A stretch of 64,000 nucleotides of DNA, taken from the NCBI RefSeq assembly GCF_006345805.1, contig NC_043011.1:47132464-47196463 (forward strand). Reading direction: 5' to 3'. Of this stretch, positions 11,096-24,854 are shown in pieces. Numbering within the stretch: the stretch's first letter is position 1; every line of letters starts with the position of its first letter. Both the position numbers and the translations under genes were made by a program. Source of the stretch: Octopus sinensis (lineage: Eukaryota). Under the pieces are notes generated by a model. The model saw only the letters and a program-made list of their open reading frames with translations, was not told where the DNA came from and ran no database searches.

Positions 11096-11906
11096 TACTT
11101 TGAACAGTTGTCACTACTTTATAATATTGTTGTTTACATTTTCAAAAATATTTTTGTATGGCTTACAAATTTCATTCAATGATTGGAAATGTGGAATTCA
11201 GGGTAAGAAATTTTTAAGTCACAGGTTAATAAACATTTTCACACTCTATTTTCAGTATTGAGTATACTCTATTTTTCTCCACCTGTTTACACTGAAATTT
11301 TTCATGGTGTGTATGTGTGCTTGCAAGTGTACGCATATATAGGTAGATACATATATATTCATATACATGCATACATGCGCCAATCCACAAATACAAACAC
11401 GCACACACACATATATATATATACACACGCACACATATGTATGTTTATACACATACACACTCACACAAAGTATTCAAGATTAGTAATATAGGTTTAGTAT
11501 TAAAGATTTTGTAAAAAAATATTTGAATTTCAACATACATAGAAAATAACACATACACACACATATGTATATATATATATATATATACATACATATATAT
11601 ATCATAGACATATATACATATATATATTATTTATATATATATATACACACACATATATACATACATATATATATATCATAGACATATATATATATATACA
11701 TATACTTATAATGATAAACAGTCTGACGAATCTGATAGTGGTCTCTTGTGGTACAACTAATGTCGATTTAATCCTTAGCATGTTGAGGATATGGCCTGTC
11801 TTTCAACATATGTTTGTGATAGAAGATAAAAGGGACCTTCTCTTCAAGAAATCATACACACAACACACACACACAACATGCATCATCATCATGCTAGCGT
11901 GGGTGG

Positions 11907-11947
<41 letters not shown>

Positions 11948-12577
11948 CATAATGTTCTATACCTATTGAGATACAGATACTTTTTTTGTAGAATCTTAAA
12001 TACTGACCCTTTTATTCTTTTTGTATCTTTTATAAATAGTCCCCTTTTCTTCCCCTGTCTATGACTCTCAGTCGGTCTCACATGAATAGGATTAATCAAC
12101 CAATTTTAAACATATTAAAAAAGAAGAAAACAGTTTAATATTTGTGTTTGTACCTTGGGAAGATTATTTTTCCAATAAAAACACATGCATTGGTTACTAT
12201 CATATCTACCCAAGGTATGATAACATCTATTCTGACATATAATTTCACATCAAGAATCTAGCAAAATGAGATCAAAAACAGATATTTAATATTTATTTAT
12301 TTATTTATTTTTAATGTTTTGTAAACCTAGAAGACACAAAATTGTACTTTACTCACTTGCAATCAGATCAATTGACTAAAACTCATACATGGTCACTTGA
12401 AATGAAGAAAGGTTGTACTACCTTCTTAAAATGAAGAAAGGTTGTACTGTAAATGCAATCTGAATTATACTGTGTCGAAGTAAAAGGAGAGATGGGCCTG
12501 GTGGGAACATTTTTTATCCTAGAACTGCTCAATACGAGGTTAAAACATCAACTACATCAAACACTGAAGTTGGCATC

Positions 12578-12880
12578 ATCCTCATCAACATTTAATGTCC
12601 ATTTTCCATACTGACATGGGTTGGACAGCTTGACAGGAAGTGGTTAAGGGCTGTACCTAGTTCCATAGTCTGTTTTCACTTAGTTTCTATATCAGGATGC
12701 CCTTCTTAATGCCAACCACTTTACAGAGTGTACTGGGTGCATTTTGCATGGCAATATCACCAGTGCTTTTTATGTGACAACATCACCAATACAGTTTATA
12801 TGGCACTAGTACCATTACTAATATTTTTTAAGTGGTTTTTACATGGAACTAGCACCAGTGCTTTTAACACAACACCAGCA
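12578..12880 (-). mobile_element. Diverged family D 3' UTR
   Basis: catcatcctcatcaacatttaatgtccattttccatactgacatgggttggac...ggatgcccttcttaatgccaaccac. Confidence 0.65.
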
Positions 12881-12891
12881 CCTACAGCAGT

Positions 12892-13270
12892 GGAGGCACA
12901 ATCGCCCAGTGGTTAGGTCAGCGGACTTGCGGTCGGAGGATCACAGTTTCGATTCCCAGACCGGCCGTTGTGTGTGTTTATTGAGCAAAAACACCTAAAG
13001 CTCCACGAGGCTCCAGCAGGGGTGGGGTGGCGACCCCTGTTGTACTCTTTCGCTCCAACTTTCTCTCACTCTTTCTTCCTGTTTCTTATCTCCGACTTCC
13101 TATGCAACCGCTGAGCCTGGATGCGCATTCATCCATCCGTCGATGTTCTCAGTGTCGGGGTTGACCTGCTTTCTCTTCTGCAGGTCTTATGAATAGCAAA
13201 GGACCACATTTCGGACTTCTCCCACTACTGGGACGAAGACCGCCTTGCTCAACAAACAAAGAAACAAACA
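12892..13270 (+). mobile_element. tRNA-derived SINE, head H2 + tail T5
   Basis: ggaggcacaatcgcccagtggttagg..gtttcgattccc; H2 core gagcaaaaacacctaaagctccacg...ctttctctcactcttt; unique tail ending (caaa)n. Confidence 0.8.
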
Positions 13271-13519
13271 AAGCATCTACAACAATGCCCTTTACATAAC
13301 GCCTTGGTTTAGGATCTCAATTCTGTTGTTGTGGGCAAGTCTGCTTGAGTACAGCAATGTATCACATATCTCAATGCTTCATCATCTCCTTCATATAGCT
13401 CAGCAATATGAGACTGACCTTCAATACTTTGTCCCATGTCTGGCATGGTTTTATAAGAAATGTACTTTATTATTATGATCAAAATCTAATCAAACCACAA
13501 TCAAATGGAAATTGTAGTT

Positions 13520-13876
13520 GTGGTTGATGCCAGTACTGCCTGACTGGCTCCCTGTGCTGGTGGCATGCAGTAAGCACCATTCATGTGTGGGTCGTTGTCA
13601 GTTCCACCTGACTGGCTCCCCGTGCCGGTGGCACATACAAAGCACCATCCGAACATGGTTGATGCCAGCCCCCTCACTCTGACTGGCTCCTGTGCTGGTG
13701 GCATATAAAAAGCACCCACTACACTCTTGGAGTGGTTGGCATTAGGAAAGTCATCCAGCTGTAGAAACATTACCAGATCAGATTGGAGCCTGGTGTGGCC
13801 TCCTGGCTTGCCAGACCCCAGTCAAACCCTCCAACCCATACCAGCATGGAAAACAGACGTTAAACGATGATGATGA
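13520..13876 (+). mobile_element. Family D 3' UTR with 3 internal repeats
   Basis: gactggctcc(c/t)gtgc(t/c)ggtggca x3, then aaagcacccactacactc...gacgttaaacgatgatgatgat. Confidence 0.8.
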
Positions 13877-14089
13877 TTCCTGTTGTTTTGTCTTTGCAAT
13901 GGTAGTGACCATGTCAATAATAAGAGAAGAAATAGCTACAAGACGAAAAACTTAAGAAAACAATGGTAATGGTCATGCAACTAAAGATGGCAGTGGTGAT
14001 GGCCATGAGATTAAAGACTGCAATGATGACAACCATGAAAGAAGTGAATAGTGAAGGCAGCTAAGACATAATTGCCCTCATTTTCAGTT

Positions 14090-14315
14090 TTAACCCTTTA
14101 GTGTTCTGATTATTCAATCAAACATAATGCTTATTGATTCCCATTGATTGAATTAATCATGCTTTAACTCATATCTTCAAGATCTTGATGGTGTAATTAC
14201 TTTATGTAGAATAACATTGTAGGGTAGGTGTGAGAGCCTGGATCTGGTCAGTTTGAACATAAAACAGATAAGCTATTTTGGCCGGATATGGCCGGTTTAA
14301 ATACTAAAGGGTTAA
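14090..14315. mobile_element. piggyBac-type (TTAA) MITE, intact ends
   Basis: TTAA-ccctttag ... ctaaaggg-TTAA; homologous copies at 40791-41425, 51637-51861, 62486-62590. Confidence 0.8.
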
Positions 14316-15803
14316 ATTCAAATCATCAGAGTTGATTTTGTGTTTTACTATTCTGGTGCAGGAAAAATGAGTACCAGTAATATACTAGTAGGAGTTAGGT
14401 TGATTTTGATATCTCATATCTCATTTAGGCATTCTGAAGTGGATCCTAGACAAAAAAAAACAAAAAACAATATTTTCTTTGATACAGATAAAAACAAACA
14501 AATAAAAAAAACAAACAAAAGCAATTGACTTAAAAAAACACAAACATAATCAGTTTTATTTTTCTTTCTAAATAGGAGTTCATTAGCTTGATCTTTCATG
14601 GTCTGTCTTTGGGAGTGATTGAATGAGTTGATAGATGGAGGGGCATATTGTTTGTCGGGTGGTGGTTACATGATTTACAGGGGTGGGGTAAGAGTTATGA
14701 CTTTGTGACAAAGACACACAGTGAAAGGAAAAAAAAATAAGAGAGAGAGAGAGAAGGGAAAGAGAGAAAGGGGGAGGGGGTCAGACAAAGAGCAGATAAA
14801 CAAACAAATGACTAGTCGATAGATAGATAGATATATAGGTTTACAGAAATATGGAAATAGACAAGTAAATATACAGATAGGAATAGAAACATGCTCATGC
14901 ACACACATACACATACACACACACACATACACACACATACACACACACATAAGTACTGAAGGATAAACGATAAATAAGTATATAAAAAAACAAAACAAAT
15001 AGACATATGATTCATAAATGTTTTCTTTGCATACTCTGACCCGCTCTCACTCTCAGTGAATATATAACCATGGATATGTTTAGATGTTTACATCTATCAG
15101 TGAAAAACAGTCTAAATTCTTCAGGATATTTATTCCCCGAAACAGGCAACTTTCTAAAGGAACTTAAACCCAATAAGTGAATTTAGCCATCAGATAGAAA
15201 CTGATATAATGCCTAGCAGACTAGGATCGATATAATTGACCAAAATCACTGATGGTTGTGTCTCAGTATGGCTTAGCATGACCAAAACCAGTGAAATAAT
15301 ATAAAAATACAATAATTCATTTACAAACGCTCATTTTCTCTCTCTCTTTGACAAATACACACACACACACATAACATAACTATATCCTTTGACAATCAGA
15401 ATGGGAAATTCCTGTTACAGCCCAAGAAGCTTCAGCTTCTAATCCATCCATCCATCATCCATTTCTTCATATGATTGTCAATACATCAATCCATCTGATC
15501 ATCATGTATCGATCCATTTGTTCATTTGTCCATCAATCCATCCACCCATAAATCTCTTGTAGAGGTCGGTGCTCTGCAAAAGCATGCTGCATATTTGCTG
15601 GGTTGTTGGCACATTGAATGAAATATCTTGCAACATTTGTTTCACCGTTCTGAGCTCAATGAAAAAAAAAAGTTTCAATCCTGGGTAGTAGGTTGATGGA
15701 ATAGTAGGAGTTTTGGACAAGATCTCTTGTGATATCAGCTCAAGCTTTTTGCATTTTGACAGCAATGTCTGTGAATATACTGGTGTCAGGTATATTACAC
15801 TAA

Positions 15804-16033
15804 GGCAGCGAGCTGGCAGAAATGCTTGCATGCCAAGCGAAATGCTTAGTGGTATTTCATCTGCCGTTATGTTCTGAGTTCAAATTCCGCCGAGGTCGAC
15901 TTTGCCTTTCATCCTTTCGGAGTCAATAAATTAAGTACCAGTTATGCATTGGGGTCGATGTCATCGACTTAATCCGTTTGTCTGTCCTTGTTTGTCCCCT
16001 CTGTGTTTAGGCCCTTGTGGGTAGTAAAGAAAT
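15804..16033 (+). mobile_element. SINE family C, full length, 17-bp TSD
   Basis: atatactggtgtcaggt at 15775-15791 and 16034-16050. Confidence 0.9.
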
Positions 16034-16629
16034 ATATACTGGTGTCAGGTCAAGGTATTTCTTCTCTAAAGTGGCAGCTTTTCTCTTGGACAAGATTAGT
16101 GGCAGAAAGGAAATAGCCTTGCAGTACATGAGTAACTGTCAGTTTTCTACAAACAGAATCTTGCCCAGGCCTACACATAAACACGTAGATAAATGATCAA
16201 CTCCGAGTGATACAGATCTCTACATCCGTTGTCAAGAAATGGGAGTACTTGCTCAAGGAAAGCAGATTTTATGCTTCTCGCATGTGATAACTGGCCATTG
16301 AATATACTGCGTTTTCCAGCATATGTCGAAATTTTGCACTAAAATTTATGGTGAAAATTGCAGGTTGACATATACACCAAGACAAGTTCGAAGAACCAAA
16401 AATTTAATGACAAATGCAGGAGGATTTGGAATGGCAGTGATGATGTATGAATGTTTACACTACATGTTTACACTATGTCACAATGTTGACTGGTGTACCA
16501 TAAAATATGTTCGATGATGTGGAAAGGCTGGCAGGAAATGAAGCAAGCATGCCCTGCTTGCCTGATTTCTTACAAGCCTGTTGGGTGTTTAATATAAGTG
16601 TACATAAATAACAAAGCAGAAATGTGCTG

Positions 16630-16903
16630 AGAAAAAAAGAAAAAAATGAGTGTAAGAGGAACTAACTGGAATATGCAAGAAAAAAGACACAGTTTATATG
16701 GAGATGTCATATGTATGGGTGTGGGCGTGGGTGGAATGGCAGTTACTGGGAAGAAGTAGCAAATGATCCATGGAGCAGGAAGCTGTCGTAGAAGATGACT
16801 GAGAGAACTACAAGAACAAACGATGAAAGATCTCAGGACTGCAACAAGTGGTCAGACATTACATTGGAGAAGTTCCATGGAATGTGTTCAAGCATGGAAA
16901 AAA

Positions 16904-16930
<27 letters not shown>
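16630..16930 (+). mobile_element. Very diverged RTE-like LINE C-terminal/3' relic
   Basis: Reads KMSVRGTNWNMQEKRHSLYGDVICM, resembling the RTE-clade post-RT motif ..QERRLRWYGHV.RM as I recall it; ends gcatggaaaaa(atg)n like family D. Confidence 0.45.
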
Positions 16931-16934
<4 letters not shown>

Positions 16935-16941
16935 AGATGCT

Positions 16942-16972
<31 letters not shown>

Positions 16973-17099
16973 ATGATGGTGATGGTGATAGACATGCAAA
17001 AATAAAAAAGATAGGGGATCATTTCCAAAAAGAAACATGATAGTGATAATAGAAAAGCCACAAGAGAGAGAAGCACATAGTGAATGAAAGATAGTGTAC

Positions 17100-17265
17100 C
17101 TATATGTATGTCTGTGTGTGTGTGTATATATATATATGTGTATATATATACACACACACACACATAAATATGTGTATATATATATACATACATACACAAA
17201 TATATATATATATATATACATACATACACAAATATATATATACATATACATATATACACACACAA

Positions 17266-17297
<32 letters not shown>

Positions 17298-17460
17298 TAT
17301 ATACATATTTGTGTGTGTATATATATGTGTATGTATGTATATATATATATATATGTGTATGTATGTATATATATATATATTATATATATATATATATATA
17401 TGTGTATGTATGTATATATATATACACATATTTATGTGTGTGTGTGTATATATATGTGTA

Positions 17461-17491
<31 letters not shown>

Positions 17492-17555
17492 GCATATATG
17501 TACACACACATACACACACATATATATCCAGAGAGAGAGAGAGAGAGAGAGAGAG
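17100..17555. repeat. Compound (TA/CA/TACA)n microsatellite forming a ~310 bp imperfect palindrome, then (GA)n
   Basis: cacacacataaatatgtgtatatatatatacatacatacaca (~17155-17197) is mirrored by tgtgtatgtatgtatatatatatacacatatttatgtgtgtg (~17401-17445). Confidence 0.85.
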
Positions 17556-18124
17556 TAGAAAAGAGAATGTGTGAAGTTTTTCAACCGTTTTAGACAATGT
17601 TGTTGTTGTTGTTGTTGTATTGCTCTGTGATAGTTTTATTTGTTTAATTCTAAATTGATCAGTTATAACTTATATATTATCAGCATGAGATGAAATGTTT
17701 TCCATTTTATTGGCAGCATAGAAGAATATTGGCAACGTTAGCCTGAATAACTTGCTTCTTCAGATCAGGCCGTCCAGAAATATGCACATATATAGACTTC
17801 TACTGCTTCAGAACACTAGCTGTTAAATATATAAATGTCTAAATACAGAGTCACCTTCTTCCTCTTCTTAATGGGTAGGTGTATATTATTATTATCATTA
17901 TTGTTGTTGTTGTTGTTGTTGTTGTTGCTATGATTATTATTATTATTATTATTATTATTTTTACAGCTTGCATGATTTCAAATGGAAGAGAAAATAAAAG
18001 TAAGAAAAAATATGTGTTAAGTTAGAAATGTTTGAAAGTTAGTAGTGATGGTGGTTGGTGGTTGGTGGTTGGTGATGATGGATATAAGAACAAAGCAAAC
18101 ATATGTATGTATTTTGTTTACTTT

Positions 18125-18160
<36 letters not shown>

Positions 18161-19375
18161 GAGAGAGAGAGAGAGAGGTGGGCGGAGATGTATTTCTGGT
18201 AGATTTGAAAAATTTCTTTTGAGAGTTTGGAGAAGAGGTGAATTGATATGGTATTCAGAAATGGGTAGAGAGGAGGAAGAGAGGAACCAAGACAAGGAAA
18301 AAGATGTAGAAGAGGAAGAAGTGAAAGTGAAAGTAAATGTGAAAGTGAATGAATGCATGTGTGATGTATGAATAAGAAACAATGTGAGGTAATGACATAA
18401 CAGAAAAAAAAAATAGGTGGTGTTGAGACAGTGAGGGAGTGAAGGAGATGGGGAGGTTACGTGGGAATGATGGATATTAGAGAAAAAGAGAGAGTACATG
18501 AGTGAGAGATACTAAACAGAGAAAGTAATAACATGGGTTAGAGACAAAGTGAGAGAGAGTGTGAGGGAAAGAAGGAGACGAAAGTAAACGATAAAGATGT
18601 GAGTTAAAATGGAAGACAGACAGACAGACAGACAGAAGCAGAGGGGGATTTGAAAGGATCATTCAAAAGAGATTACACTCGTCAGCTGCACCATCTGAAC
18701 TCTTAATTAAGATTAACAAGGAAAAGAAGTTAAAAGAAACTGTGAAATTAACAAACAGGATTAATTATTATATCCATGTTTCTAATATTGAGCATTCTTC
18801 CAGATCATAATTAGTGTAAAGATATAGTTCTCAATAGATTTAGACATGTAGCTGTTTATATAATTTACAATTAAACACACATACGTACATAAATATGTAT
18901 ACACACACACACACACATGTACATAAATATGTACGCACACACACATATGTATAAGAATGGAATTAGCAGAACAAGTGTACACACGAAGATGGAAAGTGTC
19001 ACTGAAGAGGTCACAGATGTGTGATGAAAGATTTCTGGACAATGGACATGAGTTAGAATAAGAACAATAATAAATGAGTGAAGAATGAATATATAGTGTG
19101 TTTATTTGCCCCCCACCCCCGAAATACAACAATATATATATATATACATATAAAACACTATCTGAGAGAAATTTTCTTTAAGTATTAGAAATAGCTAAAA
19201 AACTTTTTTGGCTGCTATTTCTAATGAGTTCAGTATGTGGCAAAGTAATTTATTTTACTAAGCCCTTTTATATTAATGTAATATTTTGAATTCGCCTTAA
19301 ATGGTCCTTTTACATACTGAATACTTGGTGAAATTGATTAATAACTAATTAATTTTACCCTCAATTGTTGAAATT

Positions 19376-19447
<72 letters not shown>

Positions 19448-19455
<8 letters not shown>

Positions 19456-19702
19456 TAGATAGATAGAAAGAAGCCTGTCATATATATGTATATATGTATG
19501 TTTGTGTGCCTGGGTTTGTCCCCACCCCAACATCGCTTGACAACCGATGCTGGTATGTTTATGTCCCTGTAACTTAGTGGTTCGGCAAAAGAGATCCGAT
19601 AGAATAAGTACTAGGCTTACAAAGAATAAGTCCAGGGATCGATTTGCTTGACTAAAGGCGGTGCTCCAGCATGGCCACAGTCACATGACTGAAACAAGTA
19701 AA

Positions 19703-19705
<3 letters not shown>
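19448..19705 (+). mobile_element. SINE family B, 3' half
   Basis: aaagaagcctgtc-(ta)n-tttgtcccacccc...gactgaaacaagtaaaag. Confidence 0.85.
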
Positions 19706-19743
<38 letters not shown>

Positions 19744-19744
19744 G

Positions 19745-19893
19745 AACTTCTTTCAGTTTCTGTCAACTAAGTCCACTCACAACACATTGGTCATCCTTAG
19801 GCTAAAATAGAAAAAAACTTGCCCAAGGTGCCACATGGTGGGACTGAACTTGGAACCAAGTGGTTTTGGAAGCAAGCTTCTTACCAGCCAACC
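19745..19893 (-). mobile_element. SINE family B, 5' half only
   Basis: cttctttcagtttc...ttgcccaaggtgcca..gtgggactgaac...gcttcttaccagcc. Confidence 0.75.
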
Positions 19894-19977
19894 ACCCAAA
19901 TAGATAGATAGATAGATATTATCATCATTATCCTCATCCTGTAACATCCATTGTCTATGCTGGCATGGGTTGGACCA

Positions 19978-19978
19978 G

Positions 19979-20027
<49 letters not shown>

Positions 20028-20067
20028 CTTATCTATTTATCTATCTATCTATCTATCAATCTATCTA

Positions 20068-20145
<78 letters not shown>

Positions 20146-20175
20146 AGAGAGAGAGAGTTATAGATAGATAGATAA
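19978..20175. repeat. (TCTA)n-(TC)n-(TA)n-(GA)n compound microsatellite
   Basis: Direct reading. Confidence 0.95.
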
Positions 20176-20939
20176 AAATACAATATATGTGCTGAAGATA
20201 AGTGAGGGTTTTGAATTTGATTGAGAAGTGTTATGAACAGGTTCCAGCTTTGATGAAATGTTTTCTTCCATTTTTAAGATGGTAGAATACAACATGAAGA
20301 AAATCTGAATGCTATTGCGAGCAGGTCAGGCAACAACACGGACACCCTATCGTTAGATAACTTTTATGATGCATAACTATTTTAATTAAATGTAACTTCG
20401 TGATGTTTTGTGATTTTAAACATATGTAATTCTGGAAACAGAAAAGTAAGGAACATCTGTGTATGCATGCATGCATGTGCGTGGGTGTGATTGCGTGTGG
20501 GCCAGGGGGAAGAACTAAATGTATATATTATATATGTATGTGTATGTATATGTAATATGTGTTTGTGTGTGTATGGATACACATGCAAACACAAGCACTC
20601 ACACACACATATTATGCATAAACTGTATATTAAATATTTAATCATGCTACAGGTGAAGCCCAAAATGCAAGATAGTCTAACTATTATAGAGTAAATTCAG
20701 GTTTGTGTGTGCTTTAAATAGGAATTGCTACAAATTCTAAGAGTGGCTAGAAAGCTGAAAGGTACTTATCCCTTGATGAGAAGTCAATGAGCTATGAAAC
20801 AGATTAGCATAATTTCTGTTGGTTCTCTGTGTATTACAGAAAAAAATTACATGATGCCTTTACAACTGTTATGTCCACAGAGAATTTGAAAAACTGTAGT
20901 TTACTTTGGTCACATGTTCGTACACACACACATACATAA

Positions 20940-20941
<2 letters not shown>

Positions 20942-20972
<31 letters not shown>

Positions 20973-21110
20973 TGTATGTATGTATGTATGTATGTATGTA
21001 TGTATGTATGTATGTATGTATGTATGTATGTTTGCATGCATGCATGTATGTATGTATGTATTTATGAATGTATGTATGTATTTATGAATGTATGTATATA
21101 TGTATGTCTC
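20942..21110. repeat. (TATG)n microsatellite
   Basis: About 22 near-perfect units, then degenerate. Confidence 0.95.
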
Positions 21111-23402
21111 TGCTAAGCAGTGACAATGGATGTTAAATGATGATCATGATCACATACATACATGCATGCAAGAATTAATGGAATAACAAGGGAACAGAAA
21201 TTATGTAGCCAACTTCATTGGCTTATAGCTGTTTCTGCTATAGGAAGACAGGCACTCAAGGCACACATGCAGAGAGCTTGTGCAGTGCATTATAGCTTCG
21301 AGCAAAACCTTTAAAATGAAGTGTACAACATAGGACCATACTCTTCCAAAATAGATGTTGAAAATTGCATATTTGCTGGTACAGGAAAATGAAATTGTCT
21401 AGAAATTCTTTCTTGCGTATGTATATTAGATACCATGTTTTTCAGAAAAAATTGAAAGAAGAATGGAAAATGTCCAGTAATTTCTCCTTTACTTGATGAG
21501 GTAAATGCAAATATTTGTCTTTGGTTTGTAAAAAAATTTTGCTGATTGAAGATTTAATCTTAGTTTATATCTTTTAATGCTTCCAGAATTATTAATGTTC
21601 ACACTAATTTACTCTATTCTTTTTTCTTTTCTGCATGTGGATGGTATCTCTGAATTATTTGGTTTTTAAACAGTTTATTTTGAGCATGAACAAATGTACA
21701 AAATTGGCCAATTATCTTGCCAGTCTAGCTGAAGAAGTTAGAATAGAAGTGAAACATGTCCATAATTGCCTCCTGTACATGTTGGATAAATTGGAATAAT
21801 TCTAACCATTGAGAAAATGTTTGTTTTTTTTTTCCATCATATAAATGTTTCTAATAAAATTTTTCTTGTTCAACTCTGAGCAGCAAAATCTATGGTGAAC
21901 TATCAGTGAACTACATGAATGACATAGATCTGCTTTAATAGAACTATTACTACCACTCTATCTGTGCTTCCTTTTCCTCTCACTACCACTACAGCTACTA
22001 CTTCTACAACAAATGCTACTGAATCGTAGGTACAGCAACAATGGCAATACTGATAACAAGCATATATAATGAAAAAACCCCTGCAAATAACTTCATATTT
22101 TATTGTTATTTATCTAACAGACCTATAATCAAAGCCATTCCAACCATGACCATCTCATTTTCATTTCAAGTAAGTATATTTGAAACTCTATCATTCTAAT
22201 ATGCTCTTTCTTAAAATGGTACAATGTGGTCTGGAAGAAATTTAACTGCTATTTCAAGCAGGACAAGTAGCTCTGTGAAGGCTTCCTCATTGGCCCTGAT
22301 TGACATTGTATATTTATATTGATTGGTTTCAATCCTGCTTTCCTCTCTTCCCATAAAAGATACTTTCCTGTAAAGGAAAGATTTCATCTCTTTTTCTGTC
22401 TTAGCATTTATCCGACATTCCAAGTTTATTGATTATCCAAGATGTTGGCACCGATTGGCAATGTATCGCTTTATCTTATATTGGTGGTCAATCACTTCAG
22501 TTGGGATCCAAAGGCCCCATTTCCTGTCACTATCAGACCTGTGGTAGGAGTTATAGTTTGAACTCAATATGGAAAATGGCAGAACAGAATTTACAAGTCA
22601 TCTTGTCCAATTATCTAACAATTCTGCTAATTATCTATACTGGACCGGTAATTAATACATTGGGTCTGTAAAGGCTGTAGTCAAAGTTGACCTCAGTTGG
22701 ATTTGAACTCAAAGCAAAAGCAGCCAGAAGAAACAAATAACATGAGGTATTCTATTCAACACTCTAACGACTTTGCCAATTAGCTGAAGAAAAGCTTCAT
22801 TATGTCATTTAAATTACATCCATTGGTCAGACATGTCATCAAGAACTGTACAAAAGAGATGACATAATACATGGGAAATGAAATGCAAGATTAAAGTTGC
22901 TACGAGTTATTCTCTTAATGAGACAAGTCACTAATTATATAAGTACAATTTAAAGTAAACCTGCTAGTTGTACGTTTGTAAATTTAATACAAAGATTTAG
23001 TTCAATGTGTAGCGTGTATACTTTCAGCTGTGTTACATTCTGATTCTGTCTCATTTTTAATCTCAGTTTCCCGGCATTGCATAATAGAAACATCATGTAA
23101 CACTCTCACGAGAGACATGATATTCTGAGATGGAGTTGGTAAGGCTTTCATGTCTGTAATGAGTTACGAATCACTGTTGTGCTCTTCTTATCTATTCACT
23201 GTTGTAACCATCAACCTGTCTTCCAAATACGTGACTTCTACACAATTTTGTAAGGAAACATGTATGATAGAATGACACTGACTAACTTAAAGACGGTGGT
23301 TCATTAATGATCTAACAATATTGATAGAAGATTTGAATATATGCATGTGTGTATGAATGTATGTATGTATGTATTTATGTAGGTATATTTGTATGAAGGT
23401 AT

Positions 23403-23660
23403 AGGCGTAGGAGTGGCTGTGTGGTAAGTAGCTTGCTTACGAACCACATGGTTCCGGGTTCAGTCCCACTGCGTGGCACCTTGGGCAAGTGTCTTCTACT
23501 ATAGCCTCGGTCCGAGCAAAGCCTTGTGAGTGGATTTGGTTGATGGAAACTGAAAGAAGCCCGTCGTATATATGTATATATATGTTTGTGTGTGTGTGTT
23601 TGTGTTTATCCCCCCAACATCGCTTGACAACAGATGCTGGTGTGTTTACGTCCCCGTAGC
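23403..23660 (+). mobile_element. SINE family B, 3'-truncated, young
   Basis: aggcgtaggagtggctgtgtggtaag...ccgggttcagtccc...; CpGs retained; stops at tccccgtagc. Confidence 0.85.
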
Positions 23661-24170
23661 TTATATATATATATATGAGTGTATTTTTCCCTTGTTAACA
23701 ATTAACAGGAAAAAAATAGATAGAGTTACCAGGGTAGCAAAAAATCATACAAGTAAAAAGGTTGTAAGTCCTTGTTTTTAAAGGTAGAAACTTCGGGTTT
23801 ACGTGAAATTTCTTCGAAACGTATGTCGGAAGTAAAAGAATTTTGGATAACACCTGCGTTTAACTCCATTTGTGTGTGTGTGTGTGTGTGTGTATGCGTG
23901 GGTGTGTGAAAGGAATCAATTAACAGAAAATTCAGACAGAGAACTCAAGTTGTAATTATATAAAAAGAAACCAAAAAGTATCACATTCTCAGTATGTCAC
24001 ATGCATTGTTTGTTTCAACATTTCATCAGGTATATGAAAAATTTTTTAATTTATAGGTACCAAAGCTATAATGAAAACAAAGAAAAAAGACAAAGGCAAA
24101 TGGAAATGAAATAAAAGCTGGAAAAGAAAACGACCATCATCATGTTAAATATGTATAAGGTCTAAGAATA

Positions 24171-24250
24171 TGGGTGTGGTTTTAAGGAATGGGGTGCGGT
24201 TTTAAGGAAGTGGGTGTGGCTTAAAGGAAGTGGGTGTGGTTTCAAGAAAA
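24171..24250. repeat. 20-bp minisatellite x4 (tgggtgtggttttaaggaag)
   Basis: Units start at 24171, 24191, 24211, 24231. Confidence 0.85.
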
Positions 24251-24639
24251 CAGTTGTTGATTTGGAATTCAAAACAAACATGATAAGGAGGAACTTTTGA
24301 ACATAAATGAGTTCTAATTCGAACTCAGGAAATCAAAATTTGAAATGGCTGACAAACAGAAATAACTTAGTAATGATATGTTAAATTTAAATCAGCACAA
24401 CACACATGCACACACACACAGATATATTGAGAGGTTACAGTACAAGAGTCATGTAATTACAATGTCACAGGAAACAAGTGGAAGACAAATTCTTCAAGCC
24501 TAGCCAAGCCAACCAGTAGATGTATGGATACGCCAAAAATATAAAATTTGGATAATATATATAGTCACAAGGCATTTATTATTAAACAACTCTGCTTGCT
24601 GCATCAGGGTTTACCTCATCATGGTACCTGTATATATAT

Positions 24640-24854
24640 TTTTTTCTTTACTACCCACAAGGGGCTAAACATAGAAGGGACAAACAAAGGGATTAAGTCG
24701 ATTACATCGACCCAGTGCGAAACTGGTACTTTATTTATCGATCCCGAAAGGATGAAAGGCAAAGTCGTCCTCGGCAGAATTTGAACTCAGAACGTAACGA
24801 CAGACGAAATACCGCTAAGCATTTCGCCTGGCGCGCTAACGTTACTGCCAGCTC
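24640..24854 (-). mobile_element. SINE family C, young copy
   Basis: ttctttactacccacaaggggctaaac...gacgaaataccgctaagcatttcgcctggcgcgctaacg; many CpGs intact. Confidence 0.85.

Noticed and set aside
12400-12449. Short direct duplications (12400-12449, 28415-28475, 47745-47795, 45570-45680, 11585-11690)
   Set aside because: Ordinary slippage-type local duplications with no further structure.
14576-14687. Strong-looking acceptor (ttttctttctaaatAG) and donor (ggg|GTAAGA) pair
   Set aside because: Stops in all three frames; at best a non-coding exon, unsupported without RNA data.
23067-23138. Acceptor/donor pair (ctcAG ... ttg|GTAAGG)
   Set aside because: Stops in all three frames.
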